From contig CAWHDZ010000027.1 in the NCBI GenBank assembly GCA_963828255.1, forward strand, positions 96,001 through 160,000: 64,000 bases of DNA, in the 5' to 3' direction. Within the stretch, counting starts at the first letter, position 1; every line of letters starts with the position of its first letter. Under the pieces are notes generated by a model. It did not search any database and was not told where the DNA came from. It saw nothing but the letters and a program-made list of their open reading frames with translations. Made by a program: the position numbers and the translations under genes. Source of the stretch: an uncultured delta proteobacterium. Its GTDB lineage: Bacteria > Myxococcota > Myxococcia > Myxococcales > Anaeromyxobacteraceae. Of the stretch, positions 40,823 through 48,829 are shown in pieces.

Positions 40823-41863
40823 ATGATCGCCCTCTACCTCTCCGGCCACGGCTTCGGCCACATGACCCGCGCCTGCGAGGTGCTGGCCGAGGTGCGGCGG
40901 CGGGCGCCGGGCGTCCCGCTCGCGGTGGCGGGCTCCGTCCCGGAGGCGCTGGTCCGGCGCGCCATCCCGGGGGACCTGCTCTTCCGGCGGACCGCCTGCG
41001 ACGTCGGGCTCGTGCAGCGGGATGCACTGCACATCGACGAGGGGGCGACCGCCACGGCCTGCGCCGCCTTCGAGGCCACCTGGGACGGGCGGGCCGACGC
41101 GGAGGCCGACTTCCTCCGGGAGTCCGGGGTCCGGCTCGTCCTGGCCGACATCCCGCCGCTGGCCTTCGAGGCCGCCCACCGGGCCGGAATCCCCTCGGTC
41201 GGGCTGGGCAACTTCTCCTGGGACTGGATCTACCGGCACCTCGCTGCACGACAGCCCTCCCTGGCCGCCTCGGCCGGGCGGGCCGCCGCGGCCCACGCCC
41301 GCGCCGCGCTGCTCCTCGAGCTCCCCTTCGCCGGCGACCTCTCCTCATTCACCCATCGTGAACAGATCGGCCTGGTGGCCCGGCGACCCCGCCTGGCCCG
41401 GGAGGAGGCACGCCGGAGGCTGGGCCTCGACGGGCGCCCGGCGGTGCTGCTCTCCTTCGGAGGCGCGGGGACCCCGGATCTCTCGGCCCCCGCCTCGGCG
41501 GAGTTCCGCTGGCTCCTTCCCTCCGACGTGGACGGCCGCCTCGTCGAGCTCGGGCTCACCTACCCGGACGTCGTCCATGCCGTGGACGTGGTGGTCTCGA
41601 AGCCCGGGTACGGCATCGTCACCGACGCCATCGCCGCCGGGACGCGGCTCGTCTACACCGAGCGCGGCGACTTCCCGGAGTACCCGATCCTGGTCCGGGA
41701 GATGGCGCCATTGCTCGCCAGCGAGCACGTGCCGAACGCCGATCTGCTGGCGGGCCGCATCGAGGGACCGGTTCGAAGGGTCCTGGCCCGGCCGGTGCCT
41801 CCCCCTCCCGACCTGGAGGGCGCGTCGCGGGGTGCGGCACGGATCCTCCAGTTCCTCGCCTGA
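40823..41863 (+). CDS. GT-B fold glycosyltransferase-like protein
   Basis: SGHGFGH..R, NFSWDWIY, SKPGYG, F.EYP.L. Confidence 0.7.
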   Translation: MIALYLSGHGFGHMTRACEVLAEVRRRAPGVPLAVAGSVPEALVRRAIPGDLLFRRTACDVGLVQRDALHIDEGATATACAAFEATWDGRADAEADFLRESGVRLVLADIPPLAFEAAHRAGIPSVGLGNFSWDWIYRHLAARQPSLAASAGRAAAAHARAALLLELPFAGDLSSFTHREQIGLVARRPRLAREEARRRLGLDGRPAVLLSFGGAGTPDLSAPASAEFRWLLPSDVDGRLVELGLTYPDVVHAVDVVVSKPGYGIVTDAIAAGTRLVYTERGDFPEYPILVREMAPLLASEHVPNADLLAGRIEGPVRRVLARPVPPPPDLEGASRGAARILQFLA

Positions 41864-41911
41864 AGCGAACCCCGGCGTGGCGCCGAGCCCCTGGCGCGGC
41901 TAGACCCGGGC

Positions 41912-42247
41912 ATGCCCGTCATCCTGGCCGTCCGCGACCTCGTCTTCCGCTCCAAGATCCTGGCCGCCGCCGAGCGGCTCGGCACGCCCGTGAAGATCGC
42001 GGCGCGCTTCACCCCGCTCGACCAGGCCGCCCGCGACCACGGTCCCGGGACGCTCATCGTGGACCTCGGCGAGCCGGGTGTCGTGGATCAGATCCCCGCG
42101 GCCAAGGGGGCTGGCGCCACCCGGGTGGTGGGCTTCCTGGGGCACCTCCAGGAGGACCTCATGGACGCGGCGCGGCGGGCCGGCGTGGACGAGGTGCTGA
42201 CCCGCGGCCAGTTCGTGCAGCGGCTCGACGACCTCCTGCGCGGATAG
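41912..42247 (+). CDS. Stand-alone atypical receiver (CheY-like) domain protein
   Basis: (beta/alpha)5 pattern LIVDL ... ARRAGVDEVLTR; acidic pocket reduced and conserved Lys replaced by Arg. Confidence 0.6.
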   Translation: MPVILAVRDLVFRSKILAAAERLGTPVKIAARFTPLDQAARDHGPGTLIVDLGEPGVVDQIPAAKGAGATRVVGFLGHLQEDLMDAARRAGVDEVLTRGQFVQRLDDLLRG

Positions 42248-42265
42248 CCGCGGCGGACGGCGCCA

Positions 42266-42883
42266 TCAGGGCGGATTCACCTCGATCGCCTCGACCCAGA
42301 GCTGCTCGCAGGCCCCCGAGCCGACGTCGCTGCGGGAGAGGCTGGTGCGGGAGCGGAACCTGCTCGCGCCGCTGCGGTCGAGGATCTCGACGTCCACGAG
42401 CTTTCCACGCAGGGTGACCAGGTCCCCCTGGCGGACCCGCTTCATCTCCTTCGCCACGTCGTCGCCGGCCGGGACGAGGTGGTGGTTCGCCACGTGGGCC
42501 TGGATGACCTGGGGCGAGAGGGAGCCGTCCTCGAACCACCAGCTCACGTAGCGGCCGGAGAGGTGGAACTTCATCTTCTTCAGGACCGCCGGGTCGGCGA
42601 CCGGCCCCCAGACGAGCGCCAGGTCCATGGGCACGGCGAAGTCCCACTCGTCGAGGAGCGTGCGGCTGGTGTCCACGGCGTAGGCGGTGATCCGGTAGCT
42701 GGCGCGGGGCGTGAGCCTGACCTCGTGCCCCTTGGCCTCGAAGGAGATGACCGGCTCGTCCACCAGGGCGACCTGCTCGGGCTCGGCGGTGGCGCGGGCG
42801 GGATCGACCCGGGAGCGCCAGTCATTACAGGAGCAGGTTGCGAGAAGCGCAGCGACCGCAACCTGCGACAGGAACCTCCTCAC
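42266..42883 (-). CDS. Hypothetical exported/lipoprotein
   Basis: Signal peptide with Cys (ALLATCSC), DLALVWG, ANHHLVP, GACE motifs; SD GGAGG upstream. Confidence 0.7.
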   Translation of the reverse strand: MRRFLSQVAVAALLATCSCNDWRSRVDPARATAEPEQVALVDEPVISFEAKGHEVRLTPRASYRITAYAVDTSRTLLDEWDFAVPMDLALVWGPVADPAVLKKMKFHLSGRYVSWWFEDGSLSPQVIQAHVANHHLVPAGDDVAKEMKRVRQGDLVTLRGKLVDVEILDRSGASRFRSRTSLSRSDVGSGACEQLWVEAIEVNPP

Positions 42884-42893
42884 GAATCCCTCC

Positions 42894-42938
42894 CCTTCAC
42901 CGAACCCTCACCAAACCTTCACCGAACCCTCATCCTCA
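42894..42938. repeat. 11-bp-period tandem repeat (17-bp exact direct repeat at 22-bp spacing)
   Basis: CTTCACCGAAC-CCTCACCAAAC-CTTCACCGAAC-CCTCATCC; CCTTCACCGAACCCTCA at 42894 and 42916. Confidence 0.8.
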
Positions 42939-43368
42939 TGCACGCCGCGCTGGCCGGGCACTGCCCCTTGAACTGGCTCCCCTCGCGAATGGCCGCAGGG
43001 ACGCTCCCCCGCTCCACGTCCTCGAAGCCGTCGCGCAGCGCCCGCTCCCTCACGGTCGTGGTCAGGATGTACAGGTCCCGGATCCCGAGCCCCCGGGCCA
43101 GCGCCACGGCCGCGTCGTGCAGCGTGGCCCCGACGCCTCGTCGCCGGAACGCGGGGGCCACCGCGAACGACCGGAGCAACCCTGCCTCCCCGTGCACCTC
43201 GAGCCCGATGCATCCCGCAAGGTCCCCGCCCTCGCGGGCGACCAGGAGCCGCTGGGATCCCGTTCCGTCCACGTCGTCGGGGGAGAGGGCGCAGCCCCGG
43301 AGGAGATCGCGAATCGCCGGAAGGTCGCCGGCCGCCGCCGGTCCGATGTCCATGCCCGACCATACCAT
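42919..43368 (-). CDS. GNAT N-acetyltransferase, ArsN2-like
   Basis: LLRSFAV....RRRGVG, LYILTTT, C-terminal SQF...CPASAACM; start could be 43353. Confidence 0.75.
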   Translation of the reverse strand: MVWSGMDIGPAAAGDLPAIRDLLRGCALSPDDVDGTGSQRLLVAREGGDLAGCIGLEVHGEAGLLRSFAVAPAFRRRGVGATLHDAAVALARGLGIRDLYILTTTVRERALRDGFEDVERGSVPAAIREGSQFKGQCPASAACMRMRVR

Positions 43369-43376
43369 CGTCCCTT

Positions 43377-44608
43377 CCGATGACCGTCCGTTCCGCGGAC
43401 CTTCGGGAAGTTGGGGCGTGCATGAACGCCCCTATTGACAGTGATTCCGTGAGATTCGCCCCCCGTGAAGCGGTGGCCGAAGGAAGGCTCCTGTCGCTGC
43501 GCAGGAGCCTCGTCCGCGGGACTTCGCCGCGCCTGGCGGGGTTCGAGATCTCCCGGTGATTGGACGTGGGGGCGACGATCCTCGTGCGTCTCAGGAGGGC
43601 CGAAAATCGCGTGAGACACTGCCTTTCATGAACGACGACACACTTCTCGAGGCACGCTCCTTCCACTCCCGACTCATCGATCTTCTCCGGTCCGAGTTCG
43701 TCTCCCTGGGGGCTTTCCTCGAGGCCCTGGCGGAGTTCGACCGTCGAAAGCTCTTCCGCACCCTCGGCCACGCGGACCTCTTCGCGTATCTCCACAAGGG
43801 GCTGAAGCTCTCCCGCGCGGCGGCTCATCACCGACGCGCCGCCGCCTGGCTGGTCCAGCGATTCCCCGAGGTGCTGGAACCGATCCGCGAGGGGAAGCTG
43901 TGCTTCACAACCGCGGCGGTCCTTGCCTCGGTGGCGACGGAGGAGAACCTGGCCGAGGTGCTTCCGCGATTCCACGGCCTGTCCAAGCAGGAGGCGCTGG
44001 AACTGGCGGCGGAGTTGAAGCCCCGGACGGTGGTGCCGACGCGGACGGTGGTGACCCGGGTGGAACGGACGGTTCCGGAAATTCGCCCAGGCGAACTTTG
44101 GGCGCCCCGGTCGGAGGTGGAGCGGCCCGTCGTGGAGCGGACGGTCGTGGAGCCGATGACCGCGACGTCGAGCCGCATGCACATCTCGGTTTCCCGGGAG
44201 TTCCTGGCGCTCCTGAAGAAGGCAAGGGCGGGGCAGTCGCACGTGCAGCCAGGAGCAACCGACGAGCAGGTCCTCACCGCTGCGCTCGAGTTGCTCATCG
44301 AGAAGCAGGCGAAGCGGAAGGCCTGCGTGCCGGCCAGGGTGAAGCGCGAGGTCGTGAAGCGAGACGAGGGGAAGTGCCAGTGGAAACTCGCCGACGGTGG
44401 GGTCTGCGGAGCGACCGCGAGGCTGGAGATCGACCACGTTCAGCCACGGGGGAAGGGGGGACCATCAACGGTCGAGAACTGCCGCGTCCTTTGCCGGTCC
44501 CATAACCTCGAAGCCGCCCGCCAGACCTACGGCGACGCGCACATGGACCTGTTCACCCGCTCATCCCCGGGCGACGCCCCGCTGGCGCGGGAGGAAGTGG
44601 CGCCATAC
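43377..44608 (+). mobile_element. Putative HNH-encoding repetitive element, copy 1 (structured leader plus HNH gene)
   Basis: Shares a non-coding 5' block and coding homology with copy 2 at 51663-52632; homology ends at AREEVAPY. Confidence 0.5.
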
Positions 44609-45040
44609 GGGGAGCGCGGCGAGACGGGCCGGACCGTCCCACCGACCCGGGGACGGTGTTACCCTGCCCCCCCGTGCGCCTCGACTCATACGGCTGGCTC
44701 GTCGTCCTGCAGATCGCCCTCGCGATCCCCACCCTCCTCTCGCTCATCTTCGTCGCGGCCCCCTACGGGCGGCATGCGCGGGACGGATGGGGGCCCACCA
44801 TCCCGGCACGCATCGGCTGGATCGTCATGGAGTCGCCGTCGGTCTGGTTCTTCGCCTGGGTCTACTTCCTCGGCCCGAATGCGATGCAGCCGGTGCCGCT
44901 CTGCTTCCTGGCGATGTGGCAGCTCCACTACCTCTACCGCTCCCTCATCTTCCCGTTCCTCATCCGGGCCGAGGGGCGCCGCATGCCGATCACCATCCCG
45001 GCCATGGCAATCGCCTTCAACCTGCTCAACGACTGGGTGA
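43628..45040 (+). CDS. HNH endonuclease domain protein (conserved part ends about 44608; ORF reads on into the next gene)
   Basis: RD..KCQW......CG, EIDHVQPRGKGG, NCRVLCRSHN; ATG at 43628. Confidence 0.85.
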   Translation: MNDDTLLEARSFHSRLIDLLRSEFVSLGAFLEALAEFDRRKLFRTLGHADLFAYLHKGLKLSRAAAHHRRAAAWLVQRFPEVLEPIREGKLCFTTAAVLASVATEENLAEVLPRFHGLSKQEALELAAELKPRTVVPTRTVVTRVERTVPEIRPGELWAPRSEVERPVVERTVVEPMTATSSRMHISVSREFLALLKKARAGQSHVQPGATDEQVLTAALELLIEKQAKRKACVPARVKREVVKRDEGKCQWKLADGGVCGATARLEIDHVQPRGKGGPSTVENCRVLCRSHNLEAARQTYGDAHMDLFTRSSPGDAPLAREEVAPYGERGETGRTVPPTRGRCYPAPPCASTHTAGSSSCRSPSRSPPSSRSSSSRPPTGGMRGTDGGPPSRHASAGSSWSRRRSGSSPGSTSSARMRCSRCRSASWRCGSSTTSTAPSSSRSSSGPRGAACRSPSRPWQSPSTCSTTG

Positions 45041-45429
45041 ACGCGCGCTGGATCTCGTCCGTGGGAACCTACCCGGCGGACTGGTTCCTCTCCTGGCAGT
45101 TCCTCCTCGGCTCGGCCCTCTTCCTGGGAGGCTTCGCACTCAACGTCACCTCCGACCGGACGCTGCGCAACCTGCGCGCCCCCGGCGAGACCGGCTACAA
45201 GATCCCGCGCGGCGGCGCCTTCGAGTACGTCACCGCCCCCAACTACCTGGGGGAGATCGTGGAGTGGACCGGCTGGGCCATCGCCACCTGGTCGCCGGCC
45301 GGCCTGGCCTTCGCCCTCTACACCTTCGCCAACCTCGCCCCCCGCGCCATCACCCACCACCGCTGGTACCGGGAGCGCTTCCCCGACTACCCGCGGGACC
45401 GCAAGGCGCTCCTCCCCTTCCTGCTCTAG
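44674..45429 (+). CDS. 3-oxo-5-alpha-steroid 4-dehydrogenase (SRD5A/DET2 family steroid 5-alpha-reductase)
   Basis: APYGRH, WIVMESPS, HYLYR, GYKIPRGGAFEYVTAPNYLGEIVEW, NLAPRA..HH.WY...FPDYP..RKA. Confidence 0.9.
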   Translation: MRLDSYGWLVVLQIALAIPTLLSLIFVAAPYGRHARDGWGPTIPARIGWIVMESPSVWFFAWVYFLGPNAMQPVPLCFLAMWQLHYLYRSLIFPFLIRAEGRRMPITIPAMAIAFNLLNDWVNARWISSVGTYPADWFLSWQFLLGSALFLGGFALNVTSDRTLRNLRAPGETGYKIPRGGAFEYVTAPNYLGEIVEWTGWAIATWSPAGLAFALYTFANLAPRAITHHRWYRERFPDYPRDRKALLPFLL

Positions 45430-45440
45430 GTGCACGAACA

Positions 45441-46394
45441 GTGAAACTCTTGCTCACCGGCCCGTTCGGAAACATCGGCTCCCACGCCATCCCCGAGCTG
45501 CTCCGCGAGGGGCACCAGGTCCGCGCCTTCGACCTCGACAACCCGGCCACCCGGAAGGTGGCGAGGGACCTCGGCAAGAAGGTCGAGCCGGTCTGGGGCG
45601 ACGTCCGCGACGTCCGCGCCGTGGCCCGCGCCGTGGAGGGGATGGACGCCGTCCTGCACCTCGCCGCGATCATCCCCCCGGGCTCGGACGAGGATCCGGC
45701 CGCCACGCGCGCGGTGAACGTCGAGGGCACCCGCAACGTGGTGAAGGCCTGCCAGGAGCGCTCGCGCAAGCCCAGGCTGCTGCTCGCCTCCACCTTCGAC
45801 GTGCACGGCCACACCCAGTCGAAGCCCCCGCCGCGCCGGGTCGAGGACCCGGTGGTGGGGACCGATCCGTACACCGAGAGCAAGATCGACGCCGAGGCCC
45901 TGGTCCGCGACTCCGGCCTGGAGTGGTGCATCTTCCGCTTCGTCGACGTGCCCATCATCGGCCTGCGCGACCCGCACCCCATCATGTTCGAGATCGGGCT
46001 GCAGAACCGCATCGAGTCGATCCACGCGGACGACGCCGCCACCGCGCTGGCCCGGGCGCTTCGCACGGCGGAGGTCTGGGGACGGACACTCTTCGTGGGC
46101 GGGGGCCCGTCCTGCCAGCTCACCTACCGCGAGTTCCTGACGCGGATGCTCGGCGCCATGGGCATGGAGATGCTGCCCGACGAGGCCTTCAGCGACGCGG
46201 AGTACGCCACCGACTGGGTGGACAGCGCGGAGTCGCAGCGGCTGCTCCGCTACCAGCGGCGCAGCTTCGACGACATCACCGGCGACGTCGCGAAGTGCCT
46301 GGGCTGGAAGAAGGCCTTCGTGCCCATGGCCACGCCCATCGTGCGCCGGAAGATGCTCGAGATGTCGCCCTACTGGAAGCAGCGGCAGAAGTAA
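45441..46394 (+). CDS. Extended SDR, NAD-dependent epimerase / 3-beta-HSD-like
   Basis: TGPFGNIG, HLAA, VNVEGT, YTESK; 11 bp after the reductase stop. Confidence 0.82.
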   Translation: MKLLLTGPFGNIGSHAIPELLREGHQVRAFDLDNPATRKVARDLGKKVEPVWGDVRDVRAVARAVEGMDAVLHLAAIIPPGSDEDPAATRAVNVEGTRNVVKACQERSRKPRLLLASTFDVHGHTQSKPPPRRVEDPVVGTDPYTESKIDAEALVRDSGLEWCIFRFVDVPIIGLRDPHPIMFEIGLQNRIESIHADDAATALARALRTAEVWGRTLFVGGGPSCQLTYREFLTRMLGAMGMEMLPDEAFSDAEYATDWVDSAESQRLLRYQRRSFDDITGDVAKCLGWKKAFVPMATPIVRRKMLEMSPYWKQRQK

Positions 46395-46421
46395 GGCGCG
46401 GCCACCAGGGCCTCGCCTCGC

Positions 46422-47189
46422 CTACTCGCCGCCGGCGCTGCGACGGCCGGCCGCGGGGGCGATGTGGGGCCGTCCGTGGCGCCCGGGGAGCACCTTGGCC
46501 GGACGCGCGGAGGGGCCGGCCGGGATGGCGTCGTCGGGCGGGTTGGTCGCGAAGACCCGGTTCACCAGCGGCGCCATGAGCCCGAGGCTGGTGGCCGCCA
46601 GCTTGCGCAGGGGGTTGCGGGAGATCTCGCCGTTGGGGAGCGGCTGGCTCCAGGCCTTGCCCAGGAGGTCCATGTACATCCCCACGGTCTGCCCCGCGGT
46701 GGCGAAGTCGAGCGTGGAGAGGATCTCGTCGGCGAGGCCGAACGGCATGGAGGTCATGATGGGGCCGCGCATGTACTCGGTGGCCCAGACACCGTCGGTG
46801 AAGTTCATGGCGCGGGCCTGCCCCGGGCCCACCCAGACGCGGTCGCCCGGCTTGTAGATCCGCTTCTCGAACTGCCCCTCGCCGAAGTAGTGCATCTCGC
46901 CGTCGATGACGGTGTCCCAGAAGCCGACGGCGTGGCGCCCCGAGTGCCCCTCCGATCCGATGGGGGTGCCCCAGATCATGAGGTATTCCATGGACGACGC
47001 GAAGTAGAGCTTCATCTGGATCATCGCGCCGCCGGCGATGCTGTACATCCACGGCTGCGAGCGGTCGATCCGGCCCGGGTAGGCATCCTCCCAGGCGTCC
47101 GCGATGGCGTCGAACATCTCCGGCTTGGGCTTGCCGATGCCCTGCATCGAGCACTCGTGGATGACGTCCGGGTCGAAGATGTAGTCCAT
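46422..47189 (-). CDS. ERG2 / sigma-1 receptor family protein (C-8 sterol isomerase-like)
   Basis: YIFDP, AGGAM, ASSMEYLMIWGTPIGSEGHSGRH, WATEYMRGPI, PFGLAD...STLD match the ERG2/SIGMAR1 signature. Confidence 0.88.
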   Translation of the reverse strand: MDYIFDPDVIHECSMQGIGKPKPEMFDAIADAWEDAYPGRIDRSQPWMYSIAGGAMIQMKLYFASSMEYLMIWGTPIGSEGHSGRHAVGFWDTVIDGEMHYFGEGQFEKRIYKPGDRVWVGPGQARAMNFTDGVWATEYMRGPIMTSMPFGLADEILSTLDFATAGQTVGMYMDLLGKAWSQPLPNGEISRNPLRKLAATSLGLMAPLVNRVFATNPPDDAIPAGPSARPAKVLPGRHGRPHIAPAAGRRSAGGE

Positions 47190-47236
47190 GTCCTTGGGGC
47201 TCCGGTGGGGTGGGAGGGTGGGAGACGATCCCGACT

Positions 47237-48289
47237 TTACAACGTCTCGACGCGCTGCGCCCGCCCGGGGCGGCTGGGCGGGATGGTTCGGTTCCTCGGG
47301 CTGTCCGGGTCGTTCATCATCCAGGCCCATGCGTCCCGCAGCGACTGCTCCACGGGGCGCGGGGCGTGGCCGAGCTCGTCGCGCGCCTTCCGGTCCCGGA
47401 TCTCGAAGTCGACACCGAGCGTGTGCACCGCGTAGGGGGTGAGGAGGGAGCGTCGCCCGGTGACCTTCTCGAAGATCGGCGCGAAGGCGGCCAGCCCGGC
47501 GGCGATCCCGAGCGGGATGAAGACCCGGGGCGGCCTCCGACCGGCCAGCCTGGCCAGGATGCGCATCATCTCCCGGACGGTCATGCGCTCCCCGGAGAGG
47601 AGGTAGCTCTCGCCCTTGCGCCCTTTCTCGGCGGCCATCACGTGGCCGGTGGCGATGTCGCGGACGTCGATGAAGTCGTAGCACCCGTCCATCCCGGCCG
47701 GCACCGGGAAGCGGGAGAACAGGACGATGACCTCCCCGATCTCCGAGAGCCGGTAGTCGTACGGGCCGAGCACGTAGACCGGGTTCACGATCACCGCGTC
47801 CAGCCCCTCCCGCACCGCTTCGAGGACGATCCGGGACGCCGCCGCCTTGGCCTTCCCGTAGTCGCCGGGGGCGCGCTCCGGGTCGTAACCGGCCTCCTCG
47901 GTGAGCACCCCGCCCGGAGCCGGCTCGGTGAGGGCGTGGACGGAGCTTGTGTAGACCAGCCGCCGCACACCGGCCCGGCGCGCAGCCTCCACCACGTTGC
48001 GCGTCCCGTCCACGTTCACGGTCCGTACGATCTCGATGTCGAGCGAGCTGATGCTCACCACGCCGGCGAGGTGGAAGACCACGTCCACCCCCTCGAGGGC
48101 GGAGGGAAGCGTCTCGGGCCGGAGCACGTTGCCGCGGACCACCTCGACGTCGAGGCCGCGCAGCGCCCGGGCCTCGTCGCCCGGCTCCAGCAGCGCCCGC
48201 ACCTTCTTCCCGCGCCGCAGGAGTTCGCGCACCAGCACGTTGCCGAGGTGGCCGGTGGCGCCGGTGACGGTGGCGGTCTGGAAGTCCAT
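47237..48289 (-). CDS. Extended SDR (HpnA/DFR/3-beta-HSD-like)
   Basis: TGATGHLG, FHLAG, VYTSS, YGKAK, GPYD, DVRDIA. Confidence 0.85.
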   Translation of the reverse strand: MDFQTATVTGATGHLGNVLVRELLRRGKKVRALLEPGDEARALRGLDVEVVRGNVLRPETLPSALEGVDVVFHLAGVVSISSLDIEIVRTVNVDGTRNVVEAARRAGVRRLVYTSSVHALTEPAPGGVLTEEAGYDPERAPGDYGKAKAAASRIVLEAVREGLDAVIVNPVYVLGPYDYRLSEIGEVIVLFSRFPVPAGMDGCYDFIDVRDIATGHVMAAEKGRKGESYLLSGERMTVREMMRILARLAGRRPPRVFIPLGIAAGLAAFAPIFEKVTGRRSLLTPYAVHTLGVDFEIRDRKARDELGHAPRPVEQSLRDAWAWMMNDPDSPRNRTIPPSRPGRAQRVETL

Positions 48290-48305
48290 GTTCCCGGGGT
48301 TCCTT

Positions 48306-48812
48306 TCAGGAGGAGGCGAGGAGCGCCTCGAGGGTCGCCTGCCGGTGGGCGAAGGTACGTGCCATCCGGGGGCCGACGAACGATCGCTCCGCCAGCTCCC
48401 CGAGCACGCCCATCCCCACATCGTATTCGAGAACGTCCCGGACCAACGTGCCGTCCCGCCCACCCCCCTCGCGGGCCTCGAACTCGTGGCGGTGCTCCCA
48501 GCCCCGGAACGGCCCCCGATCCTGGACGTCGGCGAAGTGCCGGAGCCGCTCGAACTCCACGATCCGCGCCACCCACGGGGTGCGGAACGGCAGGGGCGGG
48601 AAGAGCTTCACCGAGACCTCGATGACGGTGCCCACCCCCGCCTCGGGGCTGCCGGGAGCCGCGCCGGGCGGGGAGACCCGATCCACCCGGACGAGCTCCG
48701 CGCCCAGTTCCCGCGGCATGATCCGGGGCAGGTTGAGCGGGTCGGAGAAGAAGGCGAAGACCCGCGGGAGCGGAACGGGGACCCACTGCTCGAAGCGGAG
48801 TCGCTGGCTCAT
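48306..48812 (-). CDS. SRPBCC (START/Bet v 1-like) family protein
   Basis: VFAFFSDPLNLPRI.P, F.D.Q..GPF..WEHRHEF, F.HR. Confidence 0.85.
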   Translation of the reverse strand: MSQRLRFEQWVPVPLPRVFAFFSDPLNLPRIMPRELGAELVRVDRVSPPGAAPGSPEAGVGTVIEVSVKLFPPLPFRTPWVARIVEFERLRHFADVQDRGPFRGWEHRHEFEAREGGGRDGTLVRDVLEYDVGMGVLGELAERSFVGPRMARTFAHRQATLEALLASS

Positions 48813-48829
48813 CGGGCGTGGTCCCTCAC

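Noticed and set aside
42894..42938. Mini CRISPR array
   Set aside because: Units are 11/22 bp with no unique spacers, and there are no cas genes in the window.
43628..44608. IscB/Cas9-like or group II intron assignment for the HNH protein
   Set aside because: No PLMP, split RuvC or reverse-transcriptase motifs are visible, and there is no CRISPR array nearby.
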